Assembly (NCBI GenBank): GCA_963806225.1
Contig: CAWDXG010000004.1
Span: 3,104,001 to 3,168,000 of the forward strand
Origin: an uncultured delta proteobacterium
GTDB lineage: Bacteria > Myxococcota_A > Polyangia > Polyangiales > Polyangiaceae
Length of the DNA stretch: 64,000 nucleotides
Direction of reading: 5' to 3'
Numbering within the stretch: position 1 is the first letter of the stretch; every line of letters begins with the position of its first letter. This document shows positions 1 through 12,558 of the stretch, one piece after another. The notes under the pieces were generated by a model, which saw nothing but the letters and a program-made list of their open reading frames with translations, made no database searches and was not told the origin of the DNA. The position numbers and the translations under genes were made by a program.

Positions 1-222
1 CCGCCCCCGCCGCCGCCGCCGGCAGTCTCCACGAGCGGAGTGGACGGCGGCGCGCCCGTCGCCGAGGGCGGCGCGCCTTCCCCCGCCCACCCCCAGGGGA
101 TGATCTGCGTGCCCGGCTCCACCCAGGAGTGTGTGGGCAGCGGCGCCTGTCACGGCGGGCAGCACTGCCTGAGCGACGGCTCTGGCTACAGCCCGTGCGA
201 CTGCGGCAAGAAGACAAAGTAG
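1..222 (+). CDS. 3' end of a Pro-rich/Cys-rich protein (partial, starts before the window)
   Basis: Frame 1 is open from base 1: PPPPPPPAVSTSGVDGG...CVPGSTQECVGSGACHGGQHCLSDGSGYSPCDC, stop at 220-222. The C-terminal Cys module is typical of myxobacterial secreted proteins. Confidence 0.65.
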   Translation, partial: PPPPPPPAVSTSGVDGGAPVAEGGAPSPAHPQGMICVPGSTQECVGSGACHGGQHCLSDGSGYSPCDCGKKTK

Positions 223-388
223 TCCGGCGGCTCAGCCGGACAGGTGGGCGTTCGCGCCCTATGCGCCCCTTGTCGACTAGAACTTCCGGCTAGCGATCAC
301 GCGGGGTTATGGCGCCGCGCGCCAGCGGCGCCCGTCGCATGCCGGAAGCCGCCCGCCCGGGGATCTGCTATGTGAAGCACTTCGTCGC

Positions 389-2621
389 ATGGCAGAGGAC
401 CTCCCCCGGGTGCTCCGTGCCGGTCGCGCTGCGAGGCGCGCGGCGGCGACCTTGCGCTCCCTGGTCCGTCCCAGCACCGCCGGCGCGCTGTATCTGACGC
501 TGCTGTCGGGGCTGACGTTGGTCGCGACGCTCGGCGACGATCGAATCCAGGGCGTGCACGTGCACAGCGTGCACGAGCTCATCGCCACACACTTCCGCGG
601 CGACGTGCTCAAGGCGGCCGGGCTGGTGATGGCCTTCGCCCTCCTGGCGGGGCTCGCCGGCGGCGCGCTCGCAGGCGTGCTGGTGCGGCTCCGCGATCGC
701 CTCGCGGCGCGGCCGTCGCGCAGCACCGGCTCGCTCGCCTTCCATTCTCTGCTGCTGCTGGCGGTCGCGCATGCCGTCTTCTGGCTGCACGATGTGGCCG
801 TCCGCCCGCAGCTCTACGACCAGACGCTCTACGCGCGCGGCGGAGCCAAAAAGGCGCTAGAACTCCTGGTCACACACGACCTTGGGCCGCACGGCGTGCT
901 CACGCTCGGCCTGCTGGCTCTCGCGCTGTGGCTCGCGCTCCCCCTCAGGCCCTGGGCGGAGCTACCGAGCCGCGTGAAGCTCCGCCTGGCAACGGCACGC
1001 TCGCCGCTCGCGGGCACGCTGCTCAAGCCGCCGGTGCTCGCCGCGAGTGCCATCACGCTCGCGCTACTGGCGGTCGGCTTCGTCGACAGCGTCCCGCGGC
1101 GCGTGAAGCCCAAGGGCTCGCGGCCCAACGTGCTCATCGTCGCCGCCGATTCGCTCCGCGCCGATCGCATCACGCCGCGCATCGCGCCGCACATGGCCGC
1201 CCTCGCACACCGCGGCGTCCGCTTCGAGCGCGCCTATGTCCCGGTGCCGCGCACCTTTCCGTCGTGGGTCAGCATCGCGACCGGGCTGTATCCGCACCAT
1301 CACGGCGTGCGCAACATGTTCCCGCGCTGGGAGGAGCGGCAGCGCGATCTGCACGCGATGCCGGAAAGCTTCGCGCACGCGGGCTACCAGACGGCCGTGG
1401 TGAGCGACTTTGCCGGGGACATCTTCCGGCGCGTCGACCTCGGTTATTCGCGCATCCACACGCCGACGTTCAACCTGCGCGAGCTCATCCGCGAGCGCAC
1501 GCTCGACGCCGAGACGCCGCTGTTGCCGCTGTTCGGGCTGCGCGCGGTAGCCAGCCCTGCTCCCGAGCCTGCACGAGCTCCACAACGCGGCCAACGCCTC
1601 GTGGGTGACGAGGGACGCCCTCGGCGAGATCGATCGCGCCGACGGGCGCCCGTTCCTGGTCACGGTCTTCTACTCGACCGCGCACTTTCCCTACGCGGCG
1701 CCGGCGCCGTACTACTCGCGCTTTGCCGACCCGGCCTACCGTGGCCGCTTCCGCTACGACAAGGCCGAGCTGCTTGGGCGCGAGAAGCCTCCCGACGCCG
1801 CCGACGTGAAGCAGGTCCGCGCGCTGTACGACGGCGCGGTCGCCGCCGTGGACGATGCCGTGGCGGACCTCCTCGCCGGACTCCGGGCACGCGGGCTGGA
1901 GCGCGACACGATCGTCGTCTTGACCGCCGACCACGGCGAGTCGCTGTACGAGCCCGGCCGCGGCCAGGGCCACGGCGACCACCTGTTCGGCGAGGAAACG
2001 ACGAAGGTACCGCTGATCATCTACAACCCGCGCGCTCCCGGAGCGCACCGTGTTCCCCAGGTGGTGCAGAGCACCGACATCGCCCCGACGCTGTGCGCGC
2101 TCGCCCGGGTTCGCTGTCACCCGGGCATGGACGGCCGTTCGCTCGTGCCGTTGCTTTCGGGCCGCACGCTGCCGCCGCGTCCGGCTTTCGCCGAGACCGG
2201 GCTCTGGTTCACCGGGTCGATCCCCGAGGTGCCGCCGGGCCTGAGGCTTCCCTACCCCGATCTGCCGCACCTGAGCGAAGTGCTGCCCGATCACGACAAC
2301 GAGATCGTGATCCGCAAGCGCTACGAGAAGCTGACGGTGACGGCCAAGCACCGCATGATCGAAAACGAGCGCTACAAGCTCTTGTACATCCCGACGCGCG
2401 ACGGCGTGAAGTGGCAGCTGTACGACGCCATCGCCGACCCGGAGGAGCAGCACAACGTCCTCGGCCAGCACCCCGAGGTGGCGAAGAAGCTCGAGCGCCG
2501 ACTGTGGCGCTGGATGCTCCAGGATCGCCGCCTGGAACGACGCACGGGCTACCTGCTGCCGCGCCCTGGCGCCTTCGGTGGCGGCGAGACGGATCACGCC
2601 GTCACGCTCGGAGGCTCGTGA
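389..2621 (+). CDS. Membrane-anchored sulfatase-like hydrolase/transferase (alkaline phosphatase superfamily); one frameshift near 1550
   Basis: Several N-terminal hydrophobic helices, then PNVLIVAADSLRAD and PRTFPSWVSIATGLYP. Continues in the 1605-2621 frame with AHFPY, YDGAVAAVD, TADHGE and HGDHL. Confidence 0.85.
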
Positions 2622-5233
2622 AGCGGAGCGAGCTCGCGGTCCGCGCGGGGATCGGCCTGCTCGGTGTCGGCGCGCTCGCCGCGATCGTGAAACTGCGCGA
2701 GCCGGCCGTCGCCCGGGCGCCGTCGGTGTCCGCTGCGCCGGCATCCGCATCCGCGGCGCCCAAAGCCCGCGAACGGCGTTCAGGGGACCTGGCCGTGGAG
2801 CTGCGCCTCGTCGATCTGCTGGACGAGGCCGTGTACGACGCGCCGAAGCTCTCGAAGGCGACGGCACACCTCGAGTACTGGCGCCGCATGCGCTCACCCT
2901 ACGTGGGTCCGGGCGGACCGCTGGGACGGGTCGTGCAGGAGGTGAGCATCGTCGGCGAGGGCGGTGCCCACCAGTTTTCGATGGGCCTCGGGCACGGCAA
3001 GGTGTGGAAGCCCGATCTGCACATCTGGAACATGGCCGAGGGCAGCTTCTACCAGCGCGAGGCGATCCTCGCGCCGCCGCCGGCGCGCATCCGCTATCAC
3101 GTCACCCTGCCGCCGGGTGCGGTGTTCGAAGCGGCCCCGGCGGCGATCGGCCAAGCGGCAGCCGTGCGCTTCGAGGTCGCCGTCAAGCGCCCGGGACATC
3201 CGCGCGAGGTGGTAGCCCGCCGCGAGGTGAAGGGCTCGGGAACGCGCCGCTGGCAGGATTTCACCGTCGATCTGTCTCGCTTCGGCGGACAGACGGTCGA
3301 TCTCGAGCTCGGCACGGCTCTCTTGAAGCCGGGCCGGGCCACGCCGGTCGCCCTCTGGGGTACGCCGGTGGTGCTGGCGCCCGGCGCCAGCGATGTGCCG
3401 ATGAACGTGCTGTTCTTCGTGGTGGACGCGCTGCGCGGCGACGCCATCGCGCGCACCCACGACGACGCCACCGATCAGCGCATGGCCCACGCGAAGCACC
3501 CGCCGTTCGAAGCGTGGCTGCCGCGCATGCCGGAAGTCGCGCCGAACCTCGACAAGCTAGCGGACAGCGGCGTGATCTTCACCCAGGCGTTCTCTGGTGC
3601 CACCTGGACGCGGCCCGGCACGATCGCGATGCTTACCGGATCGCGATCGGGGGATCTCGGCCTGGGCCCGCTTTCGCTGGTTCCGCCCAAGGCGGAGCTT
3701 TCGCGCTTCTACCGCCGCCATCCGCCGTTCCTGCCGCTCCTGCTCCGGCCGTACGGCGTCACCACGCGTGCCATCGTCAACAACTTCTACATGGCGGGCT
3801 ACGCCGGCGCGGGCGTGGACATGGGTTTCGAAGGGGTGGTCGACCACCGCTACGAGAACGAGGACACGAAGCACATCGCCGACGACACCATCGCCTGGCT
3901 CGGCAAGAACACCCGGCGTCGCTTCGCCCTGTTCGTCAACTTCGACTCGCCGCACTCGCCGTACACGCCGCCGAAGGGCGCGCTTCACGCCATCCCGCCG
4001 CCACCGCGCGCACCGGCCGACCCCATCGTCCGCAAGTACCTGGCCGAGATCCACAAGGACGACGCCGCCATCGGCCGCGTCGTCGCCGCGCTCGACAAGC
4101 TCGGCCTGCGCCAGCGCACCTTCATCGTGGTCACGGCCGACCACGGCGAGACGCTGTCGCGCGATCACGACGGCGTGCCGCTCAAGCTCGAAGGCGGGCC
4201 GCCCATCTCCGGCCGCTTCCACCATCTGTCGACCATCTGGCAGGAGACCACGCGCGTTCCGATCATCATGAGCTACCCCGCCCGGCTGCCCAGGGGGGTG
4301 CGCGTGAAGACGCCGGTGCAGACGACCGACATCGTCCCCACCATCCTCGATCTCGCCGGCATCAAGGAGCACCCGCGGATGGAGGGCCGGTCTCTGGTAC
4401 AGCTGGCGCGCGGCGGGCACGAGCCGGACCGCCCGGTGATCACCGAAGGGCGCGGCACACGCTCGATCCAGGACAAGGGCTTCCGGCTGATCGTGCGCGA
4501 CCGCGTCGCCCAGCTCGTGCGCGAACACGGCCAGAGGAAGAAGCTGCACTACGAGCTGTACGACCTGTCCGACGACCCCGGCGAGCGCGTGAACGTCGCA
4601 CAGGCTCACCCCGACCTGGTCCAGCGCCTGCAGTCGGAGCTCCAGAAGAGCATCCAGAGCGCGGAGGCGAGGAGCGAGAAGAAGGCCACCGGAGGCCTGC
4701 CCAGCCTGCGGTTGCGCTTCTCGGGAGCGGGCGCGGCGCACCGGGTGGAGGGCAGCATCCGCCCGCACCAGCGCGAGGGGGCGACACCGGCCAAGCTCTC
4801 GGCCACGCTGGTCGGTCTATCCGCGGCCTCGCTCAGGCGCTCCGGCAGCTCGCTCCAGCTGTCGTTCAGCACCAGGCCCGGCGCGCTGGTCGGCGTCGAT
4901 CTCGTGGTGGATCCGCCGACGACGGACCTGTCCTGGCAGTTCAAGCTGGACGGCAAGCCCTGGCCGGCGACACGCGTCTACGCTGGCGGCTTCGGCCTGC
5001 GCGCGGAGAACCTGGCAGACGGCGTCCAGGGCCCCGCGGGGCGCCTGCGCGCCGGTGCCGACATGCAGCCGGAGGTGGACCCGGAGCGCGATCTCGGCCT
5101 CTTCGTCACGCGTGATCGCGTCGCCCACGAGGTCGAGCTCGAGAACGTCGCCGCCGCCTCGCAGGAGACGATGCAGCTCATGAAGGCGTGGGGCTACGTG
5201 CGCAGCGGACAGGACCGTCAGAGCGGGAAGTAG
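2618..5233 (+). CDS. Second sulfatase-like hydrolase/transferase with N-terminal anchor and beta-sandwich region
   Basis: GTG start overlaps the upstream TGA (GTGA). Motifs NVLFFVVDALRGD, WTRPGTIAMLTG, PHSPY, TADHGE and ELYDLSDDPGE. Confidence 0.85.
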   Translation: MKRSELAVRAGIGLLGVGALAAIVKLREPAVARAPSVSAAPASASAAPKARERRSGDLAVELRLVDLLDEAVYDAPKLSKATAHLEYWRRMRSPYVGPGGPLGRVVQEVSIVGEGGAHQFSMGLGHGKVWKPDLHIWNMAEGSFYQREAILAPPPARIRYHVTLPPGAVFEAAPAAIGQAAAVRFEVAVKRPGHPREVVARREVKGSGTRRWQDFTVDLSRFGGQTVDLELGTALLKPGRATPVALWGTPVVLAPGASDVPMNVLFFVVDALRGDAIARTHDDATDQRMAHAKHPPFEAWLPRMPEVAPNLDKLADSGVIFTQAFSGATWTRPGTIAMLTGSRSGDLGLGPLSLVPPKAELSRFYRRHPPFLPLLLRPYGVTTRAIVNNFYMAGYAGAGVDMGFEGVVDHRYENEDTKHIADDTIAWLGKNTRRRFALFVNFDSPHSPYTPPKGALHAIPPPPRAPADPIVRKYLAEIHKDDAAIGRVVAALDKLGLRQRTFIVVTADHGETLSRDHDGVPLKLEGGPPISGRFHHLSTIWQETTRVPIIMSYPARLPRGVRVKTPVQTTDIVPTILDLAGIKEHPRMEGRSLVQLARGGHEPDRPVITEGRGTRSIQDKGFRLIVRDRVAQLVREHGQRKKLHYELYDLSDDPGERVNVAQAHPDLVQRLQSELQKSIQSAEARSEKKATGGLPSLRLRFSGAGAAHRVEGSIRPHQREGATPAKLSATLVGLSAASLRRSGSSLQLSFSTRPGALVGVDLVVDPPTTDLSWQFKLDGKPWPATRVYAGGFGLRAENLADGVQGPAGRLRAGADMQPEVDPERDLGLFVTRDRVAHEVELENVAAASQETMQLMKAWGYVRSGQDRQSGK

Positions 5234-5286
5234 CCTCGCGAGCCGCTACGCGAGCACCGCGCGGGCGCGCGCGGCGGGTAGACATG

Positions 5287-5685
5287 TCAACGTGGCCCGG
5301 CGAGCTGCCCGCGCGGGCGCGGGCCGAAGCACAGCGAGCGCACGTGGCGCTGGCGCGGCTTCTCGCCCTCGTGGACCGCGTACACGGGGCCGAGCGCACG
5401 CCAGGGCGAGCAGGGCCAGCCCTTGGCCGGCGGCTTCACCCGGCGGCGCCGGGCCGGCTCCGCAACGCGGCGGCGATGCGGAAGCGATGCGCGGATCAGC
5501 TGCGGCGGCAGCCTGATGATCGCGGGCTGGGCGAGCGCTGGAGCGCGCGCTGCCTCGCTCCCGGCGGCGTGCGGCGCTCCAGCGGCGTGCTCCGCCGCGC
5601 TGGAGTGGACGGTAAAGCGGGCCGCCGCGACGAACGCGAGGCAACCCACGACAACGGCGGAAACTGCAACAATCGGTCGTGCCAT
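5287..5685 (-). CDS. Small basic hypothetical protein with N-terminal hydrophobic segment
   Basis: MARPIVAVSAVVVGCLAFVAAARF... fills the gap between the sulfatase and HAD genes. No recognisable domain. Confidence 0.4.
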   Translation of the reverse strand: MARPIVAVSAVVVGCLAFVAAARFTVHSSAAEHAAGAPHAAGSEAARAPALAQPAIIRLPPQLIRASLPHRRRVAEPARRRRVKPPAKGWPCSPWRALGPVYAVHEGEKPRQRHVRSLCFGPRPRGQLAGPR

Positions 5686-5850
5686 GCGCGGCGCCCTAGC
5701 GAGCGGCGTGCCGTTCGCCGATCCGCCGGCTTTTCCCGACGGATCGCCATTCCGGAGCGCTCCGGGGGGGTGGCGGCGCCAGGTCCCGCCAGTGGCGGCC
5801 GCCACCCCCGAGGTTGAACGCGGGAGGCGCGTGTGGGCAGATCCCCCGCG

Positions 5851-6633
5851 ATGAAACCCATCGCGGAGCTTCCGGCGGAAGAAGCGCGTGGCCTGTCGGG
5901 CCTCTTGTTCGATCTCGACGACACGCTGCTCGATCACGGACGCCTCGGCGAAGCGGCCTACTCGGCCCTGTTCCGCCTGCGCGAGAGCGGGCTCTCCCTG
6001 GTGGCGGTGACGGGGCGCCCCGCTGGCTGGGGTGCGCTCCTGGCGCGGCAGTGGCCGATCGACGGCTGCGTGACCGAGAACGGCGCCGTCGCCCTGTACC
6101 GCGAAGGCGACGTGCTGCGCCGGCTCGACGCGGTCGACGAACAGGAACGTCGGCGCCGCCGCCTGCGCATCGCGGAGATCGTCGCGACCCTGCAGGAACG
6201 CATCCCGGAGTTGTCGCCCGCCGACGACGTGGACGCGCGCGTCAGCGACTTCACGTTCGATATCGGCGAACGCAGGAAGCTCCGCGTGGAGCTCGTCGAC
6301 CAGGCGGCGGAGCTTGCCGCGGAGCTCGGCGCGCGCACCACCCGCTCCAGCGTACACCTGCACGTCACGCTGGACGGCGCCGACAAGGCATCCGGCACGC
6401 TCGCCCTCTTGCACCACCTGAGCGGCCTGGACCGCACGATCGCGCGCTTTTGCCACGCCTTCATCGGCGACAGCCAGAACGACGAGGCGTGCTTCTCGGC
6501 CTTCCGCACCACGATCGGCGTCCAGAACCTCAGCGGCCGCCCCACGGTGCCGCCGCGCTTCGTGACGAGCGCGGCGTACGGCGCGGGCTTCGCCGAGGCC
6601 GCGCGGACGATCGTGGAACGGCGAGCGCGCTAG
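5851..6633 (+). CDS. HAD-superfamily hydrolase, subfamily IIB
   Basis: FDLDDTL, VTGR, ENGA, DKASG and FIGDSQND motifs. Confidence 0.9.
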   Translation: MKPIAELPAEEARGLSGLLFDLDDTLLDHGRLGEAAYSALFRLRESGLSLVAVTGRPAGWGALLARQWPIDGCVTENGAVALYREGDVLRRLDAVDEQERRRRRLRIAEIVATLQERIPELSPADDVDARVSDFTFDIGERRKLRVELVDQAAELAAELGARTTRSSVHLHVTLDGADKASGTLALLHHLSGLDRTIARFCHAFIGDSQNDEACFSAFRTTIGVQNLSGRPTVPPRFVTSAAYGAGFAEAARTIVERRAR

Positions 6634-7722
6634 CGCTCCGCCCGGCCGTCGACCTCGCGGGGCACCAGACTGTGCGCCAGAGCCACGAGTTCCAGGCGGC
6701 TCTTCACGCCCAGCTTGCGCATCGCGCGCCGCACGTGGACGCGATACGTCGTGGGCGCGATGCCGAGCGCATAGGCTGCCAGCTCGTCGCTGTGCCCGAT
6801 CGCGGATAGGATCACCGCCTGGCGCTCGCGACGCGTCAGCCGGCGATCCTCGGCGGTGTGCGGCGGGTTCTCGTGGGCGACGAAGAAGCGCCGCCCGTCC
6901 GAATCGAACACATCGACCAGCGACCACTTTCCAGCAAACAGCCCCTGCCACAGCTCCAACGCGCGCGGCGTGTCCCGGCGGAACTCACGGCTGCGCGCAC
7001 GGTCGACGGCGCGCACGGCGGCCCTGAGATGATCCAGCGCGCCGTCGCCCGCCTGGGTCGAGGCGTGCAGCAGTTTCTGCCCGCTCGCGTCGAAGATCGC
7101 CTGCGCCGAGTCGAGCGCCAGCTGCGGCGTCGGATCGTCGAGCACGCGCCTCAGGCGCAGCGCCGCCGCCAGGTGCACGGCCACGCGCTGCCACACGTGC
7201 CGCGCGGCAGGGGGCACGCTGCTGTGACTGTCCTGCCCGCACATGATGCACAGCGCATGACCGGAAGTGTCGGCGCCCTGGATGTTCAGACTGTCGCGGA
7301 TGCCCAGCGGATGCATCCTGCGGAGCGTACAACGCATCGAGCATCGACAGGTCCAGCCCCCATCCCGCCATCGCCTCGGACGTGGTCTGGCACGCGAGCG
7401 TGCTGTGGATCGTCGGTCCGGTGATCGGGTTGTCGCGGGCCACAGCGTCCGCCTCGAGGAACGCCTCGACCAGCTCCTCCTGGTGCGGCATCACGCTATG
7501 CCCGACCAGCGAGAACGGCGGCGGATCCGGAGAATATTGCGCCACCAGCGCGCTAGCACCGAGCGGGCGCGCTGCTTCTGCGATGCCCGAAAGCCATTCT
7601 TCGCGATTGCCGCCGAGGCGGTACGCGGCCTCGAGAACGGACAGAGCCGGCTCGCTCCGCACCGCTACCCGCTGCTCCTCGACGAAAGACCCGGTGTCCC
7701 CATACGATCCGTCCAGCAGCAT
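6630..7722 (-). CDS. LuxR-family HTH regulator with N-terminal sensor-like region; frameshift near 7340; start uncertain
   Basis: C-terminal LTRRERQAVILSAIGHSDELAAYALGIAPTTYRVHVRRAMRKLGVKSRLEL. The N-terminal part (VLEAAYRLGGNREEWL) lies in the 6985-7722 frame. Confidence 0.8.
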
Positions 7723-7782
7723 ACCCTAGCCGGAGCGCAATCGCATTTGCCGCCCGTGGCGGGCGTCGCTATGCCTCCGGGC

Positions 7783-9191
<1,409 letters not shown>

Positions 9192-9202
9192 TAGAAGGCG
9201 GC

Positions 9203-10125
9203 GTGACACGGCATTTCCTCGAGCTGTCCGATCTGGGCCGTGACGGCCTGCTCCGCCTGCTGGACGCGGCGGACCAGCTTCCGCGAGGGGCGCGGAACCC
9301 CGGATGCGCCGCGGCCTCTGACCGGCAGGTCGGTGGCGCTGGTGTTCGAGAAGGCCTCCACGCGCACCCGCATCTCGCTGGAGGTCGCGCGTCGCAGAGC
9401 TGGGCGGCCATCCGCTGGTCGTGACCAGCGCGGGCTCGCAGATGGGACGCGGCGAGCCGATCGCGGACACGGCGCGCGTGCTGTCGCGCATGGTGCACGG
9501 CGATCACCCTGCGCACCGCGGGCCACGATCGGCTGCTGGAGCTTTCGCGAGCACAGCAGCGTACCGGTGCTCAACGCGCTGACCGACAAGAGCCACCCGA
9601 TGCAGCTGCTGGCCGATCTGCAGACGGTGCGGCGCGTGCGCGGCAGGCTCGAGGGTCTTCGCTACGCCTGGATCGGCGACGGCAACAACATGGCCAATTC
9701 CTGGATCGAGGCGGCGGGGCTGCTCGGCCTCGAGCTCCGGCTGGCCTGCCCGGAAGGCTACGATCCGGACGCCGGGCGAGCTCGCGCGCGCGAAGGAGCG
9801 CGGCGGCAAGGTGGAGGTCGTACGCGATCCGCGGCAGGCGGCCGAAGGCGCGGACGTGATCAGCACCGACGTGTTCGCGAGCATGGGGCAGGAAGCCGAA
9901 CAGGCCGAACGCCTGCGCGCGTTCGCGGGCATGCGCGTCACCCAGGCGCTCGTCGACGCAGCCTCGCGCGAGGTCGTGGTGCTGCATTGTCTGCCCGCAC
10001 ACCGCGGCGAGGAAATCGACGCCGAGGTGCTGGAGGGACCGCGGAGCTTCGTGTGGGATCAGGCTGAAGCGCGGCTGCACACGGCCAAGGCGGTGCTGGC
10101 CTGGGCGCTCGAAGAAGATGCATGA
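9203..10125 (+). CDS. argF: Ornithine carbamoyltransferase; about five frameshifts
   Basis: [55 protein letters not shown] and QAEARLH recovered across frames. Confidence 0.9.
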
Positions 10126-12445
10126 GGTGGAACAGCACGGCGGGACCGGCGCGACGGTAGGCCCCGTCGCCAGGCCGGTGGCGTGCGCGAGCTGCGGTTC
10201 GCCGGTGGATCCGCTGCGCGCCGCGCGGGTGGCGATCTTCAACGATCGTTTCCGCTACTTCTGCAGCAGCGAGTGCCGGGACCGCTACGATCCGGTGGCA
10301 ACGCGCACGCCGCTTCCGCGCCCGCGACCGAGGCGCCCCGGCGAAGCGCTGGGTCGCGCGCAGGCCGTAACGGTGCGCGAGGACCCACGGCACGACACGC
10401 TGTCGACCCGGCGCCAGACGGCCGAGGCGCTGGCCGACGTGACGGAGGATCCGGTGGACGCGCTGTCGGAGCCGCTCGATGTCGCGGCGGCCCATGAAGC
10501 GGTGCTCGCCGAGCGCGAGGACCCCGACGCCGAGCCGCTTGGGGCTCCGCCGGTGATCGCGGACGACGTGGTCGCACCGACGGACATCGGCTCGCTGCTG
10601 CTCGCGCTGGCGATGCTCGGCGGCACGCTGGCTGTCGCGCTGGTGCTGGCCGGCAATTCCGGCGTGGCCCAGAGCTCGCGCGTGGTGGTCGTGCTGGTCG
10701 CGTGCGCGGCCCTGGTCGCACAGTACGTGATGGGGGAACGCGATCCCATCGAGCCACATCCGGCTGCGTTGCTGGCAGCGCCCGTGACGGCAGCCGCGGC
10801 GGCGCTGGGCGCGCGCGTGCTCGGCCACGCGCACACCAGCCAGGCGCTCACGCTCGCGGGTGTCGTCATCGCGTGCGTGGCGGCCACCGTCTGGGTGATG
10901 CAGCGGGCGCGGCGCGCCTTCGACGTGGAACGGGAGCACATCGCCGCCGAGCTCGACCAGCCCGGCCATCGTGTGGTCGGCGACGAGGTGGTCGAGGCGC
11001 GCGCCGCCGATCTCAGGCCCGGCGAGGAGATCGTGGTGGAGGCAGGCGAGACGGTCCCGGTCGATGCGACCGTGGCTGCGGGCAATGCCAGCGTCTCGCC
11101 GTGGCTCGGCGCCAAGGCCGTCGAGCAACGCGGCGAGGGCGACCCGATTGTCGCCGGAGCGCGCGTGCTCGAAGGACGGCTCCGCGTCGTGGTGGGCTGG
11201 GCCGGATACGATCGCGCGTGGATGCGGCTGACGAACGATCCGCGGCGCCGCGCGGATCTGCTGGCACCGCTCGCGCGGGTCGGCAGGCTGGCGGCGGAAC
11301 GCGGCGCACCGATGGCAGCCGGTCTGGCGGCGCTGACGGCGTTTGCCGCAAACCAGACGGCCCTCGGCATCGTGATGTTCGCGGTCGCCGCGCAGGCCGC
11401 CCTGGCAAACGCCGGCGTCGCCGGCATCGGCGCGCTGCACGTGGCGCGCAGCGTGCTCCTGTCGCTCCGGCGCGGCGTGGCGTTCCGTTCGGCGGACGCG
11501 CTCGATCGGGCGGGCCGCATCTCCGCCACGGCGTTCTGCGCGCGCGGCACGCTGCTACTCGGCGAGCCCGAGGTGGCGAACATCGAGCCGTTCGGCCCGC
11601 ACGACGCCGAGCGCGTGCTGGCGCTGGTGGCGGGCGCGGAAAGCGGAGCAAACCACGCCGTGGCAAGCGCGGTGCTGCGCGCAGCGCGCGCGCGCGGAGT
11701 GCGCCCCGACGGAGTGCGCAGCCCGGATGTGCAGCACGGCCTGGGCGTAACGGCCGTGGCCTCGAATGGGCAGCCGCTGGTCGTCGGGAGCCGCGCGCTG
11801 ATGCTCAAGGAACGCATCAGCGTGGCGACGGCGGAGTCACGGATCACCGATCTGGAAGCGATGGGGAGGACGGTGCTCCTGGTAGCGCTGGGGGGACGGC
11901 TGATCGGTGTGGTCGGTTTGCAGGACGGACTCCGCCCTGGCGCACGCGCCGCGGTGCAACACCTGCTCGACGTGGGCGTGGAGCCCGTGCTCCTGTCGGG
12001 GGACGCGCGCGAGACCTGCGAGGCGCTCGGACGCGCGCTCGACATCGAACACGTGCGCCCGGAGCTCCTGCCCACCGAACGCGGCGAGGAGATCCGCCGG
12101 CTGGCGGACGGCGGCGCCACGGTGGCCGTCGTCGGACGCAGCCCCGGCGACGACGCCGCGCTGTCGGCTGCGGATGTCGCTATCGCCCTCGGCGCAGCGG
12201 GTTCGAGCGCGGGCGAGTGGAGCGTCCAGCTCGCGTCGGACGACGCGCGGGACGCGGCCTACGCGGTGCGGCTCGCGCATCGCTGTCGCAGCGAGGGAAG
12301 GATGGGCATGACCCTGACGCTCGGCCCCGGCATCGGCGGCGCGTTGGCGGTGGCATTCGGCGTCGCCCCGCCCAGCATCGCACCGATCGCGGCGCTGCTC
12401 GGCACGCTGGCAGCGGTCGGGCGGCTGCGCGCGCGGGCGGAATAG
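10118..12445 (+). CDS. P1B-type ATPase-like protein with N-terminal YHS/TRASH-like domain and degenerate catalytic motifs
   Basis: CASCG...YFCSSECRDRY, transmembrane helices, LRPGEEIVVEAGETVPVDA, LQDGLRPGA and LLSGD. The DKTGT position reads CARGT. Confidence 0.85.
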   Translation: MHEVEQHGGTGATVGPVARPVACASCGSPVDPLRAARVAIFNDRFRYFCSSECRDRYDPVATRTPLPRPRPRRPGEALGRAQAVTVREDPRHDTLSTRRQTAEALADVTEDPVDALSEPLDVAAAHEAVLAEREDPDAEPLGAPPVIADDVVAPTDIGSLLLALAMLGGTLAVALVLAGNSGVAQSSRVVVVLVACAALVAQYVMGERDPIEPHPAALLAAPVTAAAAALGARVLGHAHTSQALTLAGVVIACVAATVWVMQRARRAFDVEREHIAAELDQPGHRVVGDEVVEARAADLRPGEEIVVEAGETVPVDATVAAGNASVSPWLGAKAVEQRGEGDPIVAGARVLEGRLRVVVGWAGYDRAWMRLTNDPRRRADLLAPLARVGRLAAERGAPMAAGLAALTAFAANQTALGIVMFAVAAQAALANAGVAGIGALHVARSVLLSLRRGVAFRSADALDRAGRISATAFCARGTLLLGEPEVANIEPFGPHDAERVLALVAGAESGANHAVASAVLRAARARGVRPDGVRSPDVQHGLGVTAVASNGQPLVVGSRALMLKERISVATAESRITDLEAMGRTVLLVALGGRLIGVVGLQDGLRPGARAAVQHLLDVGVEPVLLSGDARETCEALGRALDIEHVRPELLPTERGEEIRRLADGGATVAVVGRSPGDDAALSAADVAIALGAAGSSAGEWSVQLASDDARDAAYAVRLAHRCRSEGRMGMTLTLGPGIGGALAVAFGVAPPSIAPIAALLGTLAAVGRLRARAE

Positions 12446-12558
12446 CGCGTGCGCGTCGATTGGCGCCGCGGAGCTGGCTCGCCGGCCAGAGTCCCGCTAC
12501 GGCGCGGGCCGGCGCGGTGTCGCTTGACCTCCGGCTCGCCGGGCGCGATAGAAATAGA

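Noticed and set aside
389..5233. 1614-aa double-sulfatase ORF
   Set aside because: The first sulfatase is completed in the 1605-2621 frame and the second starts at GTG 2618. The bridging sequence is Arg/Pro-rich off-frame translation.
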